A stretch of 56,449 nucleotides of DNA from Planctomycetota bacterium. Lineage in GTDB: Bacteria; Planctomycetota; UBA1135; GCA-002748355. Numbering within the stretch: position 1 is the first letter of the stretch; each line of letters starts with the position of its first letter. The position numbers were made by a program, and so were the translations under genes. The notes beneath the pieces are model-generated. The model saw only the letters and a list, made by a program, of their open reading frames with translations. It was not told the origin of the DNA and did no database searches. The stretch is taken from the NCBI GenBank assembly GCA_024278315.1, contig JAJRTL010000338.1:1-56449 (forward strand), written 5' to 3'. Below, one piece after another: positions 22,486 through 30,548 of the stretch.

Positions 22486-24573
22486 CTAGCTGTCCAGGGG
22501 CTGCAGCCAGGAAACATCCTCGAAGGGGACCTCGACGCGTAGCCCACCCATCTCCAGGGCCAGTTGTCGCCGCTTGCGGTCCACCTTGAGCACCTTGCAG
22601 CGACGCCGGTAGCGCGGGAGGTAGACCATGTGGCCCTTCTTGACCGTCTCCAGGTACAGATCCCGACGTCGGCCGAGGGAGGAGGTCCGGAGCAGCTCAT
22701 CGAGCAGCTTGAGCATGCCAGAAGCCCTCTCGCCATAGGGCCTTGGAGCATTGCGGAACTGACCGAGAGGCTCCTTCAACAGGTCGCGAGCGGCGCGGAG
22801 TTCCTCGTCGACGAAGTGCTCCGCTTCTTCACGGAGCCAACCCTCCTTGCGCTCCACCTCTTCTTTCCGGCCCTCGAGCTCCCGCTCTTCGGTCTTCACC
22901 TTGAGCCGCGTCTGCTCGGCCTCGCGCCGCTGCTTCTCGGCCGCCTGACGCGTCGATTGCACACGGCCGATCATCTCCTCGAGGCTCTGGTCCCGATGCC
23001 CCAGGATCTCTCGCGCCCTTTCTACGAGACTGGCGGGAATGCCCACCCTGGCCGCGATGTGCAGCGCATTGCTGTGCCCAGGCAAGCCAAGCTCCAATCG
23101 ATACAGAGGAGCCAAGGTCTCGGCATCGAAGCCCATGGCTCCGTTCTCGACGCCTTCGTGCTGGTAGGCGAAGTCCTTGAGCCGCCCCAGGTGCGTCGAT
23201 GCCAGACAGGGCACGAGCTTCTTGTGCAACGCCTCCAGGATGGCGTAGCCGAGCGCCCCCCCCTCTTCGGGATCGGTGCCCGCGCCGAGTTCGTCGAGCA
23301 GCACGAGACTCTGGGGGCCAGCGAGGCTCAACGCATTCTGGATCCTCGTCAAATGAGAACTGAAGGTCGAGAGACTCTGCTCGATGGCCTGCTCATCGCC
23401 GATGTCCGCGAAGATTCCATCCACCCAGGGCAAGGCCGTGCCTTCTGCAGCCGGCACGGGCATACCTGCCTGCGCCATGAGGCAGAGCAGGCCGATGGTC
23501 TTGAGCGCAACGGTCTTGCCACCGGTGTTGGGGCCCGTCACCACGACCATCGTGAAGGGCATGCCCAGCACGAGATCCAGGGGAACGACCTCGGGGAGAA
23601 CCTCTGCGACCTCGCGCTTGCCCTCCCAGAGATCCTTGAGGAGCAAGGGGTGTCTGGCCTCTCGCAGACAGAACCGGCCGGGCTCGGATTGCTCAGGAAA
23701 ACTGAAACCAAGTTCGCTGACGAGTCGCGCGCGCGCCTGCGTGTAGTCGACCCAGGCGAGTCCAGACAGGGATCGGTAGACCTGCGGTAGTTGCGCCAGG
23801 ATCTCCCGAAGCAGCTCAGCCAGGAGCCGTTGAATCTCCGCTGACTCATCGGCCTGCAATGATGCGAGACGGTTGACAGGTTCTACAGCCGCCTGCGGCT
23901 CGACGAAGACGGTCTGCCCCGACTGACTGCGATCATGGAAGATGCCCTTGACCGAGCGCTGCCCCTCCGGTTTGACCTGCAGGACAGGACGCCCGTGCCT
24001 CCAGGAGACCTGGGGGCTCTGCAAGCTCCGGCGGATATGGGGCTCTTCCAGGAGCCTCTGCATCAAGGCCTCGATGGACTGGCGCAGGCTCTGGATGTCG
24101 GAACGTAGCGTCGCGAGTTTGGGGGATGCCGAGTTCTGCAGCTCACCCCTCTCATCCACCATGGCCTCGAGCCGCTGGTAGAGTGCTGCGAGGTCCGGGA
24201 GCTTCTCTCCCAGGTCCTGGAGGGCAGGATATTCAGGGAGTTCGGTCATCACCCGCCGCATGCGCCCGGTGGAACGTAGGAGTTTGAGGAGGTCGGCGAG
24301 GTCCCCCGCCTGGAGTCGACGACGGCCCGCGGCCAAGGCCTCCAGGCGCGGTCGCAGATCCGAGAGTGGCCCGAGCGGCAGCCTCCCCCCGCCCGCAAGC
24401 CAAGCGTGCATGTCCTTGGCCTGTGCGAGGGCACGGGCCATCTTCTCCGGGGTCTCGAAGGGCACAAGGCCAGCCAGATGGGCCACGCCCAAGGGCGAGA
24501 TCAGGAAGCGGCCCAGCAGATCGCGCACCTTGGCGAACTCCAGGACCTCCAGGGGATAGCGGGATGCAGTCAT
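22486..24573 (-). CDS. mutS2: MutS2-family ATPase (no Smr domain encoded)
   Basis: Walker A VVTGPNTGGKTVALKT, then LVLLDELGAGTDPEEG, a coiled-coil region and a KOW-like C-terminus. The start is set at MTASRYPLEVLEF (ATG 24573). Confidence 0.85.
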   Translation of the reverse strand: MTASRYPLEVLEFAKVRDLLGRFLISPLGVAHLAGLVPFETPEKMARALAQAKDMHAWLAGGGRLPLGPLSDLRPRLEALAAGRRRLQAGDLADLLKLLRSTGRMRRVMTELPEYPALQDLGEKLPDLAALYQRLEAMVDERGELQNSASPKLATLRSDIQSLRQSIEALMQRLLEEPHIRRSLQSPQVSWRHGRPVLQVKPEGQRSVKGIFHDRSQSGQTVFVEPQAAVEPVNRLASLQADESAEIQRLLAELLREILAQLPQVYRSLSGLAWVDYTQARARLVSELGFSFPEQSEPGRFCLREARHPLLLKDLWEGKREVAEVLPEVVPLDLVLGMPFTMVVVTGPNTGGKTVALKTIGLLCLMAQAGMPVPAAEGTALPWVDGIFADIGDEQAIEQSLSTFSSHLTRIQNALSLAGPQSLVLLDELGAGTDPEEGGALGYAILEALHKKLVPCLASTHLGRLKDFAYQHEGVENGAMGFDAETLAPLYRLELGLPGHSNALHIAARVGIPASLVERAREILGHRDQSLEEMIGRVQSTRQAAEKQRREAEQTRLKVKTEERELEGRKEEVERKEGWLREEAEHFVDEELRAARDLLKEPLGQFRNAPRPYGERASGMLKLLDELLRTSSLGRRRDLYLETVKKGHMVYLPRYRRRCKVLKVDRKRRQLALEMGGLRVEVPFEDVSWLQPLDS

Positions 24574-24851
24574 CGGCAATGGAATCGTGAGAGGCCAGAC
24601 TCTAGCGAAACAGCCCCTCAGACCAACCGAGGTTTGCAGGTCGAGATGAACACGAAGACGGGCGCGTCGTCCTCTCGATTGCCTGGGCACTTCGTTCCCC
24701 GGACAGCCTCGTCCCTCCAATTCCCTCGAAGAGCCCCGAGAATAGGCCTGCCTCGCAAGGCTCGATCCCGTAATCTCCCGCCCCAGGAGCCTGCGCCACG
24801 GGCTTCCGACAGCAAGAGTTGCGGGAGAACCCGCCAGGGAGAGAACACAGG

Positions 24852-26018
24852 ATGAGCATCGAGAAGAAGAGAAGCGGTTTCGGGACCAGGGCCATCCACG
24901 CAGGACAGCGTCCGGATCCCACGACCGGAGCCATCATGACGCCGGTGTTCATGACCAGCACCTATGTGCAGGAGGAGCCGGCCAAGACCAAGGGATACGA
25001 CTACTCACGCACCTGCAATCCCACACGCACGGCCTTGGAGGGAAACCTCGCGGGAATCGAGGGTGGCCTTCATGGGCTTGCCTTCTCCTCGGGCATGGGC
25101 GCGATCCATTGCCTCATGAGCACGCTCGAACCAGGCCACCATGTCATCACCTGCAACGACCTCTATGGCGGGAGCTACCGACTCTTCACTACCCTGTTCG
25201 AGAAGTTCGGGATCGAGTTCAGCTTCGTGGACACGACCGACCTCGCCCAGGTCGAAGCAGCCTTCCAGAGCAACACGCGTCTCGTCTATCTCGAAAGCCC
25301 GACCAACCCGCTGTTGCGTCTGAGCGATCTTCAGGCCATTGCCGACATGAGCCACTCGCGCTCGGGCGTCCGTGTCGCCGTGGACAACACCTTTGCGACT
25401 CCCTACCTGCAGACGCCCCTGGCACTGGGAGCGGACATCGTCATCCCCTCGACGACCAAGTATCTCGGCGGCCATTCGGATGTCGTCGGCGGCGCCCTGA
25501 TCCTGGACGACGATGACTTCTGCCAGGACCTGCGTCACTACCAGAACACGGTGGGGTCGACCCCCGGCCCCATGGACTGCTTCCTCGTGCTTCGCGGCAT
25601 CAAGACGCTGCATGTGCGCATGGACCGTCACTGCGAGAGCGCCGAGAAGATCGCATCCTGGCTCGAAGAACATCCCAAGGTAGCGAAGGTCCACTATCCT
25701 GGTCTCGCCTCCAACCCACAGAACGAACTCTGTCGCAAGCAGATGCGTCGCGCCGGAGGCATGATCTCCCTCGAACTCGAAGGCGGCATCGAGGCTGGTA
25801 AAGCCTTTGCGATGAACACCAGGCTCTTCGCCCTCGCCGAGAGCCTCGGAGGAGTGGAGTCCCTGCTGGATCACCCGGCCTCGATGACCCACGCTGCGAT
25901 TCCTCGCGAGGAGCGCATCGCCGCTGGCCTCGAGGATGGCCTCGTTCGCCTGTCCGTAGGGATCGAATCCTACGACGACCTGCTCGCCGATCTGGAGCAA
26001 GCCCTCGACACCGTCTGA
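24852..26018 (+). CDS. Cys/Met-metabolism PLP-dependent enzyme (cystathionine gamma-synthase / beta- or gamma-lyase family)
   Basis: GTRAIHAGQ...DNTFATPYLQTPL..GADIVIPSTTKYLGGHSDVVGG (PLP-binding Lys context). ATG 24852 is preceded by GGGAGAG. Confidence 0.9.
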   Translation: MSIEKKRSGFGTRAIHAGQRPDPTTGAIMTPVFMTSTYVQEEPAKTKGYDYSRTCNPTRTALEGNLAGIEGGLHGLAFSSGMGAIHCLMSTLEPGHHVITCNDLYGGSYRLFTTLFEKFGIEFSFVDTTDLAQVEAAFQSNTRLVYLESPTNPLLRLSDLQAIADMSHSRSGVRVAVDNTFATPYLQTPLALGADIVIPSTTKYLGGHSDVVGGALILDDDDFCQDLRHYQNTVGSTPGPMDCFLVLRGIKTLHVRMDRHCESAEKIASWLEEHPKVAKVHYPGLASNPQNELCRKQMRRAGGMISLELEGGIEAGKAFAMNTRLFALAESLGGVESLLDHPASMTHAAIPREERIAAGLEDGLVRLSVGIESYDDLLADLEQALDTV

Positions 26019-26074
26019 CGACCATGTTCGACAGAGGCCCTCCGGCTCTCCCCATGGGAGAGGGGACCGCTCCC

Positions 26075-26458
26075 TCAGACGGTCGTGGAAGCCTCGCCGG
26101 ACTCCTTGCTGTTCTCCACCATCTCGCGCATCTTCCGTCCTACCTTGAACTTGACGACGCGCTTGGCAGGAACCTGCACCTTTTCGAGCGTCCTTGGATT
26201 CTGGGCGCGTCGGGGTGCACGATCCTTGACCTCGAAAACACCGAACTCACGAAACTCCAAGCGGTTCCCGTGTGCGAGCTCCTCGGTGATCTTGTCCAGG
26301 AACGATTGGATGACTTCCTTGACGAGCACCTTGGTCACACGGACCTTGGTGGCTCGCTGGTCCTCGCTGAGATGAAGCCCTTCGGTACTTCTGGCCTCTT
26401 TGCGGGTCAGGCTGTCGGTGATGTAATTGACCAAGTCCTTCTTGGTGATCGTCTCCAT
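26075..26458 (-). CDS. HU/IHF-family DNA-binding protein with an internal insertion
   Basis: METITKKDLVNYI...GNRLEFREFGVFEVKDRAPRRAQNPRTLEKVQVPAKRVVKFKVGRKM, which shows the beta-arm signature. Confidence 0.85.
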   Translation of the reverse strand: METITKKDLVNYITDSLTRKEARSTEGLHLSEDQRATKVRVTKVLVKEVIQSFLDKITEELAHGNRLEFREFGVFEVKDRAPRRAQNPRTLEKVQVPAKRVVKFKVGRKMREMVENSKESGEASTTV

Positions 26459-26525
26459 CGGTGACGACTCCTCGGCGGGCTGTAGATAGGTTCGGATGGT
26501 GGGGAAAACCGTGCTCCCCCAATGT

Positions 26526-27227
26526 ATGGAACGCTCCAACCTAATGAAAGACAGTATTTTATCAATCCCCCCCCCTCTCAGCCAAGAGCGGGTCGCGGGC
26601 TCCCGGAGCTCCTGGGTGGAGCGCCTGGAACTGACAGAAGGGACCTGTTTCTGGAAGACCTACGTCTACCCGCTCCCCTTCGGACCGCTCCGCGGACTCT
26701 TCCGGAACACCTTCCTGGCGGCCTCCCGGGTCGAGCGTGAGGCGCGGGCGCTGACCGGTCTGGCAAGGGCGGGCCTGCAGCCAGATCTCCTCGTCGCCAA
26801 GGGCGAATCCAGGCGTCTGGGCTTCCTGCTCCGGGCTGAGATCCTGACCCGCTCCTTCGGGAGCACCGATCTGGCCCAGCATCTGGCGCAGGGCCCGCTC
26901 CACCGACGCGAACTCGACTCTCTGGCCAGATTCGTCCGTGGCCTCCACGAATCTGGGCTGAGGGACCCGGATCTCAAGGCCCGGAACCTCCTCCTGGCCC
27001 CCCAGGGCCCTACCTGGGCCAAGATCGATGCCAGCTCCTCCTGGTGGCGCCCACCCGGGAGCCGCTTCGACAGACAGCGATGCCGGGATCTGGAGACGCT
27101 CATCGTGGATCTGGCGCGGCTGGGCATGCCCGCCTGGCAACGCCGACGGCTCCTGGTCCTGCAGTGGTTCCCGGGGCCCCGCCCCAAGCGCAGGATCCCC
27201 CCCCTGCCCGACCCGATCCATTCGTGA
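26526..27227 (+). CDS. Lipopolysaccharide-kinase (Kdo/WaaP/RIO-like) family protein
   Basis: ...EREARALTGLARAGL...LHESGLRDPDLKARNLLL..., a kinase catalytic-loop-like D.DLK..N. The start is uncertain; 26496 and 26544 are alternatives. Confidence 0.55.
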   Translation: MERSNLMKDSILSIPPPLSQERVAGSRSSWVERLELTEGTCFWKTYVYPLPFGPLRGLFRNTFLAASRVEREARALTGLARAGLQPDLLVAKGESRRLGFLLRAEILTRSFGSTDLAQHLAQGPLHRRELDSLARFVRGLHESGLRDPDLKARNLLLAPQGPTWAKIDASSSWWRPPGSRFDRQRCRDLETLIVDLARLGMPAWQRRRLLVLQWFPGPRPKRRIPPLPDPIHS

Positions 27228-27263
27228 ATCTGAGGATCGCAAGAACACCCGGAACGACCCGGT

Positions 27264-27713
27264 CTATCGCTGCTCGAGCCAGAAGGTGACTGGCCCATCG
27301 TTGACCAGGTGGACTTCCATCTGGGCGCGAAAGGTTCCGGTCTCGACCAAAACAACCCCCAGATCTGATAGCTCGGCCGCAAAGGCCTCATAGAGCCGCT
27401 GGGCCAATTCCGGATCCGCCGCCCGATCGAACCCCGGCCGCAGCCCCTTGCCCGTCTGGGCGCACAAGGTGAACTGGCTCACGACGAGTGCCCCTAGCCC
27501 CAGGTCCAGGATCGAACGGTCCATGGGCTTCCGGCCGGTCTCGTCCGGGAAGCAGCGGTAGCGCGCTACGCGCTCGGCCAGGCGGCGCACCTGGGCTTCG
27601 CCGTCTCCGCGCTCCACCCCCAGAAAAACGAGGAGCCCAGGGCCGATCCTCCCCACGCAGTCACTGTCCACCTCGACCGAGGCCCGGCCTACGCGTTGGA
27701 TCAAGGCGATCAT
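27264..27713 (-). CDS. dtd: D-aminoacyl-tRNA deacylase
   Basis: MIALIQRVGRASVEV...LLVFLGVERGD...SQFTL...GKGLRPGF...NDGPVTFWL, the canonical Dtd sequence. Confidence 0.93.
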   Translation of the reverse strand: MIALIQRVGRASVEVDSDCVGRIGPGLLVFLGVERGDGEAQVRRLAERVARYRCFPDETGRKPMDRSILDLGLGALVVSQFTLCAQTGKGLRPGFDRAADPELAQRLYEAFAAELSDLGVVLVETGTFRAQMEVHLVNDGPVTFWLEQR

Positions 27714-27714
27714 G

Positions 27715-28365
27715 CTAGAGGTCCTCGGCAGACTTCGGCGGGCTGGGTGCCTGATCGCCCAAGGCGGCCTCGAGACGCTGGATCCGGATGTAGACCGGCA
27801 AGGACTGATAGATGAGGGCAAAGGGGTCCGAGGAGGGCGGGAGCTTCACCAGCCATCGATAGACCTGCAAGGCCTTGGCTGGCTGGTTCAGCGGCTCTTC
27901 GTAGAGCTCCCCGAGCATCAGGAAGACACGAGCGTCCTCGGGATAGAGCCGGGCCAGGTGTCTGTAGGTCTTCAGGGCTTCCGCGAAGCGTCCCTGATAC
28001 CAGTAGCAGGCAGCCAGGTGGAGCTGGTATTCGACGTTCTGGGGATCGACATCGAGGAGCTCGCGGACGACCTTCTCCGCGCGCACTCCATCCCTGCGAC
28101 CGTGCAGAAGCAAACGTGCATAGTTGTTCTTGACGCGAAGGTCCCAGGGACGCAAGCGAAGATAGTTGGAGTAGTTGCGGTCGGCACTCTTGTTTCGCCC
28201 GTTGTCCTCGGCGATCTGCGCCAGGATCAACCAGGCCTCCGCCATGAACGGCGAGTCTTTGAGAGCCCGGATCAGCTGCTTGCGCGCATCCTCGATCCGC
28301 CCCAGGTTCCAGAGCGTGTCGCCCAGCAGGGTCCGTGCGTAGTAGTGATCCGCACGTAGTTCCAA
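27715..28365 (-). CDS. TPR-repeat protein, C-terminal part of an ORF interrupted by TAG 28405-28407
   Basis: TPR-like repeats (e.g. AEAWLILAQIAEDNG, YQLHLAACYWYQGRFAEALKTYRHLARLYPEDA). The track start is a TTG. The frame is continuous with 28405-28854. Confidence 0.6.
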   Translation of the reverse strand: MELRADHYYARTLLGDTLWNLGRIEDARKQLIRALKDSPFMAEAWLILAQIAEDNGRNKSADRNYSNYLRLRPWDLRVKNNYARLLLHGRRDGVRAEKVVRELLDVDPQNVEYQLHLAACYWYQGRFAEALKTYRHLARLYPEDARVFLMLGELYEEPLNQPAKALQVYRWLVKLPPSSDPFALIYQSLPVYIRIQRLEAALGDQAPSPPKSAEDL

Positions 28366-28404
28366 AGCCCGCTCCAGGATCTCTCGTCGCTTCGGGAGCC
28401 GGTC

Positions 28405-28854
28405 CTAGTGGAGAGCCCAGGCGAACAGAAGGTTGGCATGAACGGCCGGGTCGGCTTTGGCTCCCTTGGCAGCCTCGAGCTCGGACCGCTCCCCGTAGTA
28501 GACGCCGAGCGCCAGCTCCCGCTCAGTCCTGACCTCTTCGGGGAGCAAGTTGAGGGCGCGGTTCTCCTGGACGTTCAGACGAGCGCAAACCGGGTTGGCC
28601 CGCGCGAGGCGGGTCAGATCGTTGAGAGCGGGCTCGGCCAGACCCGAAGCCAGAAGCCTGGCAGCGGCCTGGTGTTGGGTCTGAGCCTCTTCGGTCTTGC
28701 AGGCCTCGAGATCCCCTGCAGGCTTTTCCGCGACAGGGGCACCCTGACAGGCCATCCACAAGGCGAGGTAGAGCCCGGCACAGGCAAGGCGACCCACCAT
28801 TCGAACGAAGTAAGGCCGGGAGGACAGGGCGCTACTTCTCCTTACAGACACCAT
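28405..28854 (-). CDS. Signal-peptide/lipobox N-terminal part of the same TPR protein; ends at an in-frame TAG
   Basis: MVGRLACAGLYLALWMACQG is a lipoprotein-like leader (alternative start 28800). This part ends ...HANLLFAWALH-TAG in the middle of a TPR-like helix pair. Confidence 0.5.
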   Translation of the reverse strand: MVSVRRSSALSSRPYFVRMVGRLACAGLYLALWMACQGAPVAEKPAGDLEACKTEEAQTQHQAAARLLASGLAEPALNDLTRLARANPVCARLNVQENRALNLLPEEVRTERELALGVYYGERSELEAAKGAKADPAVHANLLFAWALH

Positions 28855-29347
28855 CGCTGATCTCGAGGGTCGTCACTTTCCTGGCTGCCTTGGCACCGTC
28901 CTCGAATATTTCGACATGGCCTTGCCCAATCAAGTCGAATCGAGCCTTGCCGCTATAGTGAAGTCGGAACTCCGCGGACTTGAGCACAACGAATCGCACC
29001 TGGTGGAACCAGAATTCCAGAGGGTTTCGGAGTCCACCCGTGGTGTTCCTGAAAGTCTCCACGACCGGCTTGGTCCGCTCATCGCGTGTCTGCAAATGAT
29101 AGTTGTTGGAGAACTTCTTCATGACATCCGTGACGTAGATCTCCCGGCTCAGATCCACGACGAGTTCATCGCAGAGAACGCTGACGGAACCACTCTTGGG
29201 CTCACGCAAGGGGCGCATGACCTCGGTCAGTGTCTGGAAGTCCCTGGGCTGCGTTGTCTCCAAGGGATCCACCTTCTGCGTTTCGCAAGAGCAGAGGCTC
29301 CCCAGGATCCATGTCAGCCCCAACAGGCATCGCACTATCCGCGCCAT
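28832..29347 (-). CDS. Hypothetical lipoprotein
   Basis: MARIVRCLLGLTWILGSLCSC (lipobox LGSLC), 171 aa. It overlaps the trpS stop by 13 nt. Confidence 0.6.
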   Translation of the reverse strand: MARIVRCLLGLTWILGSLCSCETQKVDPLETTQPRDFQTLTEVMRPLREPKSGSVSVLCDELVVDLSREIYVTDVMKKFSNNYHLQTRDERTKPVVETFRNTTGGLRNPLEFWFHQVRFVVLKSAEFRLHYSGKARFDLIGQGHVEIFEDGAKAARKVTTLEISDGVCKEK

Positions 29348-30369
29348 AGTCCGCTCCTCTCTCTCACCAGTTCCATGGTCTTCTGCGCCTCGGCAGAGGC
29401 CTTCTTCTGGCCTTCTTTCAGGACATCCCTGACCCTGTCGGGATCACTCTCGAGCGCAGCCGCCCGCTCCCGGATCGGCTCGGTGACCCTGCAGATGCCA
29501 TCCGCGAGGATGCCCTTGCAATCCACACATCCCATGGTCGCCTTCGTGCAACCTTCATGGATCTCCGCGCGCTTCTCCTCCGAAGTGAAGAACTGGTGGA
29601 GCGACCAGACATTGCAGACCTCGGGGCGTCCAGGATCATCGCGGCGCACACGCTGCGGGTCGGTCACGGCCCCGCGGAGCTTCTTGCGAATCGCGTCCGG
29701 CTCCTCGAACACGCCGATGTAGTTGTTCTTGGACTTGGACATCTTGCTCTTGCCATCCAGCCCCATGACGCGGGGTGCTTTGGAGATGATGACCTTGGGT
29801 TCCGGGAAGAGCTCACCGTAGATGTGGCTGAACCGCCGGATGATCTCGCGCGTCAGCTCGAGATGCTGGACCTGATCCTCCCCCACCGGCACGTGCGTGG
29901 CCCTGTAGATGGCGATGTCCGCCGCCTGTAGGACAGGATAGGTGAACAGACCCGCATTGGTGTTGCCCTGCATCTGCTCGGACTTGTCCTTGAACTGCGT
30001 CATGCGATTGAGATCGCCCAGCTGGGTCAGGCACTGGAAGACCCAGGCCAGTTCGCTGTGCTCGGGAACGGCAGATTGGACGAAAAGCACGGCCTTGTCC
30101 GGGTCGACCCCCGAGGCGAGGACGGCGACGGCCAGAGCGTGTGTGCTGGCACGAAGCTCATCTGCGTCAGGCCGTGTCGTCAGGGCGTGGAGGTCCACAA
30201 TGCTGTAGAAGGCCTCATGTTCGTCCTGCAATTTCACCCAGTTCTGGATGGCGCCGAGGAGGTTGCCGAGATGAAAGCTGCCGGTGGGCTGGATGCCTGA
30301 GAGGATTCGGGACACGCGTGGATCTTGGTGTTGAGATCGATCAGGAAGGGGCCGATTCGAGCGCGCCAT
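29335..30369 (-). CDS. trpS: Tryptophan--tRNA ligase
   Basis: ILSGIQPTGSFHLGN (HIGH) and KMSKSKNN (KMSKS). The start is set at MARSNRPL (ATG 30369). There is a C-terminal Cys cluster. Confidence 0.93.
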   Translation of the reverse strand: MARSNRPLPDRSQHQDPRVSRILSGIQPTGSFHLGNLLGAIQNWVKLQDEHEAFYSIVDLHALTTRPDADELRASTHALAVAVLASGVDPDKAVLFVQSAVPEHSELAWVFQCLTQLGDLNRMTQFKDKSEQMQGNTNAGLFTYPVLQAADIAIYRATHVPVGEDQVQHLELTREIIRRFSHIYGELFPEPKVIISKAPRVMGLDGKSKMSKSKNNYIGVFEEPDAIRKKLRGAVTDPQRVRRDDPGRPEVCNVWSLHQFFTSEEKRAEIHEGCTKATMGCVDCKGILADGICRVTEPIRERAAALESDPDRVRDVLKEGQKKASAEAQKTMELVRERSGLWRG

Positions 30370-30548
30370 CTTGTCCCTTGCCTGCGAGCAAGTCACGCCC
30401 CAGATCGAGGCTTGGTGAATCCAAGGTCCAAGGATGCTATCTTCCAGTGCGGATGCAGGCCCGTTCCCTCCCAGACCCGGTACGAAGACCCGGCCCGCAA
30501 GAGCGGCCTCGGATGGATTCCGCATGGAGTGGGACCAGCAGGCGAGGG

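Noticed and set aside
24574-24851. Possible SAM or other riboswitch in the 280-nt leader of the Cys/Met PLP-enzyme gene
   Set aside because: I saw only small hairpins (e.g. gcggg-agaa-cccgc) and could not recognise any riboswitch consensus by eye. It needs an Rfam/Infernal scan.
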